DNA of 64,000 bases from Eledone cirrhosa (lineage: Eukaryota): assembly GCA_964016885.1 (NCBI GenBank), contig OZ024741.1:340876001-340940000 (forward strand), given 5' to 3'. Shown in pieces: positions 29,909 to 44,295 of this stretch. The notes beneath the pieces were generated by a model that did not search any database, had not been told where the DNA came from, and saw only the letters and a list, made by a program, of their open reading frames with translations. How positions within the stretch are numbered: the first letter of the stretch is position 1; every line of letters starts with the position of its first letter. The position numbers were made by a program, and so were the translations under genes.

Positions 29909-30055
29909 TATATTGAACTCCTTTAACCATCTTTTGATCTTATATTATGCATACTCCAGTCCCACAAACTGTAGAGTGCTTCTTATCCGATATCTGCATT
30001 GCTTTATTGTACTACAATAAAACTCACCTCCTACATATATATATATATATATATA

Positions 30056-30148
30056 TATCTAAGGCGGGTAAAATTCCCGAGATCCATGGACGAGTTCTCT
30101 CCAGCGGTCTCTGTCCCTCATTATCGCTGCCATGTCCTGCGTCTCCAA
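30056..30148 (-). mobile_element. RTE 3'-terminal 90 bp in (TA)n
   Basis: Reverse complement of 45897-45990. Confidence 0.9.
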
Positions 30149-30154
30149 TATATG

Positions 30155-30512
30155 TATCCAGGGAGTGTAACTTGGAGTTACTGTAGGTTCACCCGAGTGA
30201 GCACTCGATGTTTAGGTTCACTTCAGTGTCGAGGTGTAGAGCTATACAGAGTGTATTATATAGTTAAATAAGATAACAAGGACGATTGGTTACTCCTTCA
30301 TTACGTTTATTGGTTGGTGATGCGCGTTTCGCCACTGACAACCTCAAGGTTCGATCTGTATCGATCTGAACTGACTCTGTAATCCGCGCCTCGTCAGACC
30401 TCTATCGATAAAGATCGAACCTTGAGCTGGTCAGTGGCGAAACGCGCGTCGCCAACCAATAAACGTAATGAAAGAGTAACCAATCGTCCTTGTTATCTTA
30501 TTTAACTATATA
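30155..30512. mobile_element. Hairpin-plus-tail element, family F; HHR on minus strand 30316-30400
   Basis: Arms 30258-30365 and 30403-30512; about 100-nt tail on the left; GGT-CTGACGA-60 nt-GAAACGCGC(A/G)TC-ACC. Confidence 0.8.
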
Positions 30513-30608
30513 TATATATATATGTATGTATATATATGTTTGTGTTTATATATATATATATATATTATATATATATATGTATATATATTTATATATATAT
30601 ATATATAT

Positions 30609-31385
30609 ATTAATGTTCAGAGCCATCCTCAACATTCTCGTGTAGCACCCATCCACCATCTGAGTGAGTTTCTTGGTCAGTGTCCAAGTCTCAGACCCAT
30701 ACAGCAACACAGACTCCACTACAGCAATGAAGAGGCGGACTTTCAGGTCTTTACGAAGGTCCGACTTCCACACCGATCTCAAGTTGTGGCACGCCGCCCA
30801 GGCCTTGCTCTTCCTCTCAACCACATCATCTTCCGTATTCCCAATCTTTGCTCCCAAATACAGGAAGCCCTCAACCAATTCTAGCGGCTTCCCGCCTACA
30901 TGGCTTCTCAACATTCTCTACCAGATATTTTGTTTTAGTCTCATTTATTCTCAGCCCCACACTCATCGACACAGTCTCAACCTCCCGCATCAAATACTCT
31001 GCCTCCTTCACTGTATTTGTCACCAAAACTATGTCGTCGGCAAATTCAGCATCCGATACCTTTTTCGCCCTAACTCTCCTGCTCTGAGCCGGTGCTACAG
31101 TAAAGCCAGAGTCCTGGTGTTTCTCCAGTGCAAGGCGCATACAATAGTCCACTACGATGAGGATGAAAAACTCAGAGCTGTATGGGAGCATCCCAAAAGT
31201 CAGCTCAAAAGTGAGACTGAGGTTAGCTGGACATGCTCACCGACATCCAGAGTTGACATTGCACTCAGTGCTCCTTTGGGAGCCCCTACATGGACACACT
31301 AGAAGAGGAAGACCAAGATTAACGTATGTTGATGCCCTAAGGACAGACACTGGTCTGTTGTAGACGCAGGACATGGCAGCGATAA
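30609..31385. mobile_element. RTE copy with 5' inversion and internal deletions
   Basis: 30609-31157 is reversed RTE sequence (about 45115-45677); 31158-31385 is forward (about 45688-45924). Confidence 0.85.
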
Positions 31386-31571
31386 TTGTTTCTACTTTAG
31401 GCACAAGGCCACCAATTACCCAGTGCATTACTGGTACTTTATTTTATCGACCCCGTAAGGATGAAAGACAAAGTCAACCTCGGCGGGCTTTGCCTTTCAT
31501 CCTTACGGGGTCGATAAAATAAAGCACCAGTAATGCACTGGGTAATTGGTGGCCTTGTGCCTAAAGTAGAA
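31385..31571. mobile_element. Inverted pair of SINE 3' halves
   Basis: Minus half 31385-31487, plus half 31488-31571. Confidence 0.85.
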
Positions 31572-31994
31572 TGTATAGATGTCAAGATACAGTATTTTGT
31601 AAACAGGACTCACTGAGTTAATATACTGTGAGTTAATGCAGACAGGATATACTGTGTAGGTGTAGATAATATAATGTGTGTAGATGAAGAGAAGACAACA
31701 ATGTATAGACGAGAGACACACTCAATCTCTCCCTATATATGTGTGTATTATTTTCTTTTAACCATTTCATTCCCATGGGATCCTTAGGGTTTTGAAGTAT
31801 ATCCACCAAATACTTGTACTGTCTCTCTTAAGACATGATTTGATGAAAATCTACCAAACAGACCGTCCTTGTACCATCACGTTTAAACCATGCCAGCCTT
31901 TTCCCTAGCTTCACGTTGTAACTTTCTTTATTATGTTTCTCACGGTCTCCTTTTTTTTTCTAGCATACACCATCCAACTGGCTACATATCTGCG

Positions 31995-32260
31995 AAGGGG
32001 CGTAGCTTAGTACTTAGGGTGTTCAGCTCACAATCCTGAGGCCGCGAGAGTTCTATTCTCTGCGGGCGCGTTGAGTGTTTGAGTAAAACACTTTAAGTCA
32101 CGTTGCTCCAATCCACTCAGCCATGTCACACATTACCACGATGAATCTCCATGAGAATTACATTAAATGTACACGGGTCAGTGGAATACTCAGCCATTTA
32201 TGCGATAATTTCATAAGGAGGTTGTTCCATTGATCGAACAATTGGAATACCCACCGTCGA
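31995..32260 (+). mobile_element. Second tRNA-derived SINE family (relatives at about 4955-5270 and 32425-32600)
   Basis: GAAGG(G/C)..GT(A/G)GCTTA.TG.TTAGGGTGT head; shared GGAATACTCAGCCA. Confidence 0.55.
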
Positions 32261-32729
32261 AACAGATAGAGGTCCGTTCAATTCGGTTCCCAAACGAAAT
32301 GGACTGGTTTTGTTTTTGGTTTATATATTTGTTTTTCTTAGTTGTTCCCGTAATTTCTTTAATTCATGGCATACCCCCCCCCCCGCACCCCATATCCACT
32401 TGAGCTTCCGTTATATCTGCAAAAGGAAGGCATGTAGCCTCGATGTTAACGTGTTAAACTTACGATCATAAGGTCGTGAGTTCGATTCCTGCACTTGGCA
32501 GCGACTTGAGTCCTTGAGCAAAATACTTTATTTCACGCTGTTCTTTCTGCCCGGATTTGCGACTGGCAAATATAAACAGCAATGAAAAGACCAGTGGAAA
32601 TGTTGTTTGCTGAGTCAAATGTTTCCTTTTTTATCAACAATGTCATTCGAGTACTACCTCCTATCACGCTTACTAAGTCTTCTTACTTCACCATTAATAA
32701 AGTTTCTATTTTCGGTTTTCAAAATCTTT

Positions 32730-32810
<81 letters not shown>

Positions 32811-32815
<5 letters not shown>

Positions 32816-32999
32816 CTTGTCAACTCTCTCTGTCCGACGGGGAGATCTCCCAACCACTCTAGGGTGAATGAGAGATATCTTCTCTTGAGAAAATGGGTAC
32901 AGCTTTCATTATGTAAAATCTCTCCATTTGCCTCATTTCTCCTCTTTTGGGGCACTTTTTTCATGGTACTCCCCGGTTGGGTTTTTAGAGGATGGCAGG

Positions 33000-33004
<5 letters not shown>
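32811..33004. mobile_element. MITE-like 194-bp insert in (TA)n
   Basis: Imperfect terminal inverted repeats TTAGACTTGTCA / TGGCAGGTCTGA; no HHR core. Confidence 0.5.
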
Positions 33005-33047
<43 letters not shown>

Positions 33048-33164
33048 ATTTCGTATTTCAGAAGAAATATGGTATGTTTAAAATAAACATTTAGAGAGCC
33101 GTTACTATGCCAAAACACCAGCGACTAACGCCGTCTGGCGGTGTCCAGCAGAAGCAAGGGGGGT

Positions 33165-33212
33165 AATCGAGGATGTGCATTTCGAACTGAACTGGTTCTC
33201 ATCAGCACGATC
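33165..33212 (-). ncRNA. Type I hammerhead ribozyme within a 270-bp TA-flanked insert (33043-33312)
   Basis: GATCGTG-CTGATGA-GAAC-CAGTTCA-GTTC-GAAA-TGCACA-TC^CTCGATT. Confidence 0.8.
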
Positions 33213-33319
33213 CCTTCCACTCTTGCAACTGCTGGACGGTGAAAACAGGTGAGGATATATGGTTTTCTAGTCTGTGTAAATGAGGTGATTAATCTCATTT
33301 GCAAATGAAGCTATATATA

Positions 33320-33605
33320 TATCACCTTGATCACCTTGACCGACCAGTCTGTCGGGCGTCAATTCGGCGCCGCTGGTCACACAGCACACCGTCCATTCCT
33401 CTCTGGATCGTGCTTTCCTAATCCATGTAGTCCCAACCATATTCCTAAAATCGTAACTCCACCTTCGTGGAGGCCTTCCGAGTGGTCGTTTCCGCTCGCG
33501 CGGGTACCACTCGGCAACTGCGCGGGTCCACCGATTATCGGTGAACCGGGCGACATGTCCAGCCCATCTGAACTTGCTGCACATATATCCCGTGATGGCG
33601 TCCCT
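33320..33605 (-). mobile_element. 3' fragment of a second RTE family
   Basis: KFRWAGHVARFTDNRWT..WYPRERKRPLGRPPRRW; tail (CAAGGTGAT)2 into TA; 29-bp tandem duplication at the 5' side. Confidence 0.85.
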
Positions 33606-33917
33606 CACGCCGATCCTAAGGCCGCGAGAGATCCCTCACGCCGATCCTAAGGCCGCGAGAGTTCTCTCTCTCTATATATAAGCCTTCTATACAAACTATC
33701 GAGGCACCGGGTAATTTGAAATTCATCCAAAAAGTGTAGGAATCCTGAACATAGAATGTAATAACTTAGAAAATCGGGTAAAATACCCATATACCCTATT
33801 TTTAAAGATATTATTTATAGCAATCGACTGTTGGACTGTTGCTGCAATTATTGACTGCGTTTGGGATTCCTACACTTTCTAAATAAATACATGTATTTAT
33901 ATATATCTATATATATA

Positions 33918-33970
<53 letters not shown>

Positions 33971-34517
33971 ACCGACACTATCCTGTTTGATCAGTTGTTG
34001 GTGCGGTAGACTATTAGCATTTGGGGGAAAGATTCTGCGAGATAATTAGTTTAATTACTGTTTGACAATCAACCACTTGATATACACTGACATTCACATA
34101 CATAAGCATGCACAATCAAATACACACACACACATACATACACACACGGGAACATACATGCATACACATACACACATACGTACACATGCATATACACACT
34201 CACACACACATACACGCACACACATACACATATACACACATGCACACACTCACAGAGTCAGTAGTAGTTGTGCTGTCAGCGACGGGGTGGAGGGCTCGAC
34301 GCTGTGAAGTAATTTTTGAAAAGTCTTCTTGTTATAGAAATAATAATGAACTGTGTTAATTTTAACTGAAGATATATTATAGTTTTGAAGATGAGGTTTG
34401 GCCTCGTTCAAGTACGTACTTACACAAAAGCCGTCTACCGCAGGCATATATAGGCTCATGTATATAAATAAATATATATATATGTTTGTGTGTGAGTGTG
34501 CGTGTATGTATGTGTAT

Positions 34518-34548
<31 letters not shown>

Positions 34549-34784
34549 CAATAAAGTATGTCCGTAGAATCATTTGATAAAATATATACATCATTTCCTC
34601 TCCCAATCAGCATAATCAACCACACAAAAAACCAATTAAACAAGGCTATAAGATTAAAAGGCACCTATGAAGAAATAATAGATAAATAAACGACAGCTAT
34701 CTATCCGCGATCAACAACTATACAATATTTACCCACCATTTCTAATAGCACGTGGAAATCGATTAAATATATCGTCAACCATAC

Positions 34785-35047
34785 ACCATTCGCTATCACT
34801 TTTAAAGTAGTGAACATGTCACTTATTTTCGGCATAGGCTGGGAGAGAGGCTGCCAGGTGTGTCTCGCTGTTTGGCGTTTATCAAAGCCACGCACTCACC
34901 TGCCTTTGCCGAAAATAAGTAAGTGACATAGTCACTATTTTAAATCTGATAGCGAATGGTCTTCTAAATGGTTTTAATTAAATATTGCCAAATATACTAT
35001 ACATACATTCATGTATACATCGCTATTTCAGAGCACCAATACTAATA

Positions 35048-35050
<3 letters not shown>
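34785..35050. mobile_element. Diverged hairpin-plus-tail element related to 11275-11520
   Basis: Arms 34785-34850 and 34900-34960; shared 3' end runs into the TA array. Confidence 0.65.
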
Positions 35051-38594
<3,544 letters not shown>

Positions 38595-38597
38595 TAC

Positions 38598-38629
<32 letters not shown>

Positions 38630-38899
38630 TGGTATAAATGTAATACAAACACGTGGTCTTGTTTAAGTATTTGACTGCTTGAACAAAAAATATCCAACTG
38701 CCTTATTTCAATTAAACACACACACGCACGCAAGCATGTACACACATTTATTGTCTGCTCCTAAGATAATAGGGGCAAAGATGAACCTATAGCTAGGATA
38801 CAAGAGCTATAAGTTCCACATTAGTTCACCATAGATGATTTATTTTCCTTAACCTAAGACACTATATTCACATAAACTGGGCCGCTGATCTCTACCACA

Positions 38900-40115
38900 G
38901 GGCACGACTTTTGTTGCTCGTCCCATAGAACAAAATCAAGTCTGCTGTGTTTACAACTATATTCCTATTTTTGTTGGTATGTTCCACAAGTATATATTTT
39001 ACAGATATGGATACATTATGGTTATAGTATGTCTTTTGTATATTTGTCAGTATAATCTTTCATGGGTGATAGCATTGTAAATAATTTTAGCAACTGCAGT
39101 ATGTCGTTTCTCATAGGCAGGTAGTACTATGCAGACATATTTAGACAGTTGCTGATGATGTGATTGGTACCGTTATATTCCAAATGTTAGTACTAGCACT
39201 GGTTATATTTTAAATTTATAGAACTTTAGATCTAAATATAATGCTATGTATATGGGATGTATAGGGATGGGCTCCGTCAGACTTAAAATGTCCAAGAAAC
39301 GCCGTATGTCAATATGGCGTCCATATATGACTCCATCAGGATGTGATTGGTACCTTCCACACTGGTATGGCATAATCGATATTTCGTATCACAATGTGGA
39401 GGTTTGGAGATCTCTTATTGATCAGATATTCAGTAGCTGTCTCCTGTTCCTGGAAAGTGAAGATGTATCCTTCGCGGTAAGTGTTGGTGTATCTATCACA
39501 AGTCCAGGATAGGCTATGCTTATTGCCAATGCTATTGATACCTTTAATTTATGGGATATGCACCCATACATGACTTTCTGCTGATATGATGAGTGTTTTC
39601 CCTTCAGGTTTCTGTTTAAATAGTTTTGTCCAGCTACATTTGGACCACATGGAACAGTTATAGTCAAGAGTACCCCACTGTTCAACAGGTGTTGGTTGGG
39701 TTTTATAATGTGACACTCAAAGGCCGTTTAACTGACTTAGGTTTCTCCCTCAATTCATCTCATCTATCATATATCATGTTAGTGCCACTGTTGATGTGGA
39801 AGTTACCAGTGGTGATCAGAATCTTGCTAATCTTGATGTCCAAGTTATGGATCTCATCAGGTGTCCAGTCTAATATCCCAAATAGTAGTACGAGCACTTG
39901 TACTACAAAAGCATTATAACATATGGTCAAACTGTGTGTGGACAGATCTAACTTCCATATATTTCGAAGTTTGCAAAGGTCTTCCTTTGTCACACTATCT
40001 GTCTTTCCTCACAGAACCAATTGTATGTATCAATTTCAAGATATTTGTAACATTCAATACTGGAGACAGGAGAGATAGACAGATCACTTGTATATTGCAG
40101 CACTGACCACAGGAG
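38900..40115 (-). pseudogene. Old R4-like LINE remnant; further fragments at about 42860-43560
   Basis: CYKYLEID, KLRNIWK, FGILDWT..I..LDIKISKILITTGNFH; abuts (TATG)n. Confidence 0.65.
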
Positions 40116-40134
40116 ATGTATGTATGTATGTATG

Positions 40135-40149
<15 letters not shown>

Positions 40150-40168
<19 letters not shown>

Positions 40169-41520
40169 TCAGGTCAGGTTTGTTGGTGAGGAGGGTGACT
40201 TTGGACATCCTGCAGGACTAAAAACAAAACCTGTCAAAGGGCAAAGGAGCTCTTAAGAGTCAATGGCCATCCAAAATCACCGGGAGAGATGACCCTTAGC
40301 CTTTGTCAAGGCAGAATTCTAGAAGGAAAACTCTGATATAACACCTGCAGCCCTGATGGTATCCAATGATGTTGACTTGTTCTTCTTTTTGGTAAATATC
40401 ATTTTGGTTAAGAGAGTGGGACTGGCTTTGTGCAGTGCCTTTGCTCACTATAAAAGCTTCACGGCACAGGCATTGCTTTATATCTGGAGATCTCTCTGCA
40501 CTTGTCGTCACATGGTACCATGGGCCCAGCACTATGTGTCAATAATTGTCACAAGTGTAGTGTTTGTACCAGAGTTTTCAAGTCGCTGGCTGGACTAAAA
40601 AGTCACACTCGTTCAGCGCATCGGTAGGGGTTCTACTACATGGATATAAAGTAGTGGCCGTACTCGAAAACGAGTTGGCAGCCACCATGTATTGGATCAC
40701 TCTTGAGTGTTACTGGTAACCTGTCGCATGGTCGGGTCGTCGACGACTAAACCGGCAACCCCACCAGGAGGGTGATTTTGGACACCCTGCAGGACAAAAA
40801 ACAAAACCTGACAAAGGGCGGAAGAACTTATGACAGTCAACGGCCATCCAAAAATGTATAAACATGTATATACACATGTATATATGTATATACATGCATA
40901 CATGTATATGTATATGCGCGGGGACATAGAAATAATCGGGCTGTATACCCGATCGCGCGGTTAAACCACTGCTAGTGAAGAACCCATAGCCTTTGTCATG
41001 GCATTCTTCTAGAAGAAGGCAACTCAGGAAATTGGGATGACTCCGACATAAAACCTGCGCCTCAGTAGTTACCGATGATGTTGATCTTTTCTTCTTTTCG
41101 GGTTATGGTTGCTGTTGCTCAGAGCGTGGGATTGGCTCAGTGCAAAGTCTTTTCTCACTTTAAAAAAAATCTTCACGCACATGCATTGCACGATAGCATT
41201 TATTGATAATTATTAATGTAATATCGTGCAATGATCATACTCGATAACGAGACGTCAGCCATCATGTATGTATTTATTTATGTATGTATGTATGTATGTG
41301 CGTGCGTGCGAGAGCATAGAAATATTTGTCTGGGAGTGAGAGACTCCTGGTCTTTGTTAGGACATCATTCTAGAAGGAAACTGATGTAAAACCAGCGACT
41401 CGATAACAGCCAATGTTCATGTGTTCTTCTTGTTGGATACCATAGTTCAGAGCGGGGGAGGTGGGGGGTCCCGTGCAGGGCCTTTCTTCATTTAAAACAC
41501 CTTCAAGCACAGGCATCACT
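40150..41520 (+). repeat. Cluster of diverged partial copies of an unclassified repeat, separated by TATG tracts
   Basis: GGAGGGTGA.TTTGGACA.CCTGCAGGAC at about 40170 and 40767; CTTTGT..GG..TTCTAGAAG at about 40300, 40990 and 41352. Confidence 0.6.
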
Positions 41521-41725
41521 TGAGCTGGACATCTTTCACGTGTGTTGCAAGAGCTTGATTGGTCGTAACCGAAAAAGACCTTTTGTTTTTCGCTGCGGCA
41601 TATACAGTAAGGGGTTTAAGTCTTTGGAGGGATAAAACGTCATGTTCGTGCCTCCCATGTATGATAAAAGGATAAAGTGATGGCAATTCACGGTATTGAA
41701 ATACAGCCATTATATGTGTATGTAT

Positions 41726-42207
41726 GTTCTTCTGGATTTATAATTTACAGATTTTTTTCTGGTTTTATAATTTACAGATAATATACAGATTTTTGCCAAT
41801 AGAGAGAGAGTCGGTTTCTAACATAGATACAAGACTTTCTCATTGGAATTTAGACATCAACTAGGTAGATATGTATGCATGTATGTGCAGGTATGGATAT
41901 TATTGTATGTATGGATGTTGATGTTTTGAGTCGTATGTGTGCATGTGCATATACAGTTATTAGATACAGAATTTTTGGAATGTTTTACATATTTTTACTG
42001 TTCCATTAATGGATTGTACTTGTAATTTCCTAAGTAGTTGTGTTCTTTCTGTTCCTGTGAAGCCCAGCTTCTCAAGATTTGTACTGAGGCAGTTACTAAC
42101 ATATCCCAGTGCCCCAACAATCACAGGTATAAATCTGAAGGTATAGTCGGGGTGGAGTATCTGCAGATTTCTCATTAGTTCTGCATAGATATTAGTTCTG
42201 CAGCTAA
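41726..42207 (-). mobile_element. Short 3' copy of the R4/Dong-like LINE in (TATG)n
   Basis: NIYAELMRNLQILHPDYTFRFIPVIVGALG matches the 7813-8085 translation; same 3' end. Confidence 0.9.
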
Positions 42208-43637
42208 TGTATGTATGTATGTATATAAGCATGTATGCATGTATGTGTGTATGTATATAAGCATGTATGCATGTATGTGTGTGCATATATATATAAGAGC
42301 ATGTATGCCAATACGTATATTTGTGTGTGAGAAAGAGAAAGAAACTAGAACTAAACACTGTTTTATATACAACGCACACATCCATACACGCATATACGTA
42401 CAGTTACCTGCTCTCTCACACGCACATTTACAAATTCATATACACATACACACATGCACGCACGCACACATAAACTCTCATACTCATACATACTCATATA
42501 TACACACATAAACACACGCACCCACACACATCCACACACACTACCATTTTGTTTCTTCCAATTCAATAGAGTTGTTAGTTGGACATTCTCCGTTAATTTC
42601 CTTTCCATCAACCCCTTACGTGATTTAAGAGAAACTTTACACCACTCACCTCTCATCGCATGCAGCTGAAACTATAGATATAATTGATTAGTTGGTTGGT
42701 ATTTTGTTCAAGGGAAATATGATCTTTGCAATCGTTAACGAGGCAAATCATCAATTAGAAACTGGTAATATTTTAATTTTATAGAATTTTAGATCTATAT
42801 ATAGTGGTATGTAGGTAGAGAATAAGCAGAACCCTTATATTCCAAATGTTAGTACTAGCACTGGTACTACAAAGACATGGGATATGGTTTAATTATATGG
42901 TTATATTGAATGTGGACAGCTTTGACTTTCTTATATTTTGAAGTCTGCTCAGGTCTATTTTAGTTACTCTGACTTTTACTCAGAGAATCCACATGTTTAA
43001 TATTCTCATCAATTCCTACACAGGTTATATTTTAAATTTATAGAACTTTAGATCTATATATAATGCTGTGTATATGAGATATATAGGGATGGGCTCCGCC
43101 AGGCTTAAAATGTCCGAGAAAAGCCGTATGTCAAACGACGCCCATACGACTCCATCAGGAGTTAAGGGACCATACCATAATGCTATGTAAGTGGCGATTT
43201 GGCTGAGTTGTTATATCCTAAATAAAGGTACTAGACCCTGTCAGTTTTACTGTTGATAGTACTAGCACTGGTGCCGCTGTTTAAACTGACCATATGTCTC
43301 TGTCTCCACCCCTCTATTTAACATAGATCCTGTCTGTGTCCCTGCTGATATGGAAGATACCAGGAGTGGCTAATATCTTCCTAGTCTTAATATCCAAGGA
43401 TATCATCAGATGTCGAGTTTAATATCCCAATATTTGGGATATTAAAAATGCACTGGTACTACAAAAACATGGGGTATGGTCATACTGAATGTGGGTAGCT
43501 TTACGTTTCTTATATTTCGAAGTTTGCAGGAATCTATCATGGTCACTCTGGCTTCATGTTATATTCTTGTCAATTCAAATCATGTTGGGGATTATCTGTC
43601 CTTATCTAAACTTTTATCTTCAGTTGTAATTAGCTTC

Positions 43638-43667
<30 letters not shown>

Positions 43668-43668
<1 letters not shown>

Positions 43669-43851
43669 ACGAAGGAAATGTGGTAAGGAACCAGGTGGAC
43701 CATAACGCACCAAAGAACTCAATACTTGAGGTAGTAGAGTGGGTAATAGGAACCAGTAAGACCCCGACAGCTGAGCTCAAGCCGTTTCGACGGCTAATTC
43801 TGAATTAGCCGTCGAAACGGCTTGAGCTCAGCTGTCGGGGTCTTACTGGTT

Positions 43852-43854
<3 letters not shown>
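43668..43854. mobile_element. Family D, copy 4
   Basis: 80-nt tail on the left, perfect hairpin with apex AATTCTGAATT, TA flanks. Confidence 0.9.
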
Positions 43855-43900
<46 letters not shown>

Positions 43901-44295
43901 GTATTTTGTTTCTTTATAAAGAGAGAGAAAGTTGGTTGGTTTCCTTCCATATTCCATTATTAAACTAATCAGTAGCTCTTTGCTTGGTTCTAAGTATTTT
44001 TCTAGACAGCTCGACGTTGTATAATGTTTATCTATTTACATCAAGACTATTGACCCCACTACATGCAAGGGTTTAATATATCCAGTTTATATTGTTGCTA
44101 TTGATGTTCTTGTGAGGGAATAGATTGGCACAATCATTACAGCATAGGACAAAATACTTTGCAGCATTTAGTTACGGTGTTTTGTGTTCTGAGTAAAAGT
44201 ACTGGGGTCAATTTAATCTACGTTCCCCTACCCTCAAAATTGCTGTCCTTGTCCCTAAATTAGAAACCGCTATAATTATCACTATTATTATTATT

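Larger units (their letters stand above)
24580..30036 (-). mobile_element. Penelope-like retroelement with 1555-bp inverted pseudo-LTR arms and an 88-nt tail, in (TA)n
   Basis: 24580-26134 mirrors 28394-29948 (I noticed one mismatch, 25351/29177); tail 29949-30036; TA runs on both sides. Confidence 0.95.

Noticed and set aside
24580-29948. DNA transposon with long TIRs
   Set aside because: Encodes RT plus GIY-YIG; the arms include ORF sequence and are asymmetric (tail on one arm)
40150-41520. Possible LINE 5' UTR with HDV-like ribozyme
   Set aside because: Could not build the nested double pseudoknot by eye; needs a motif search
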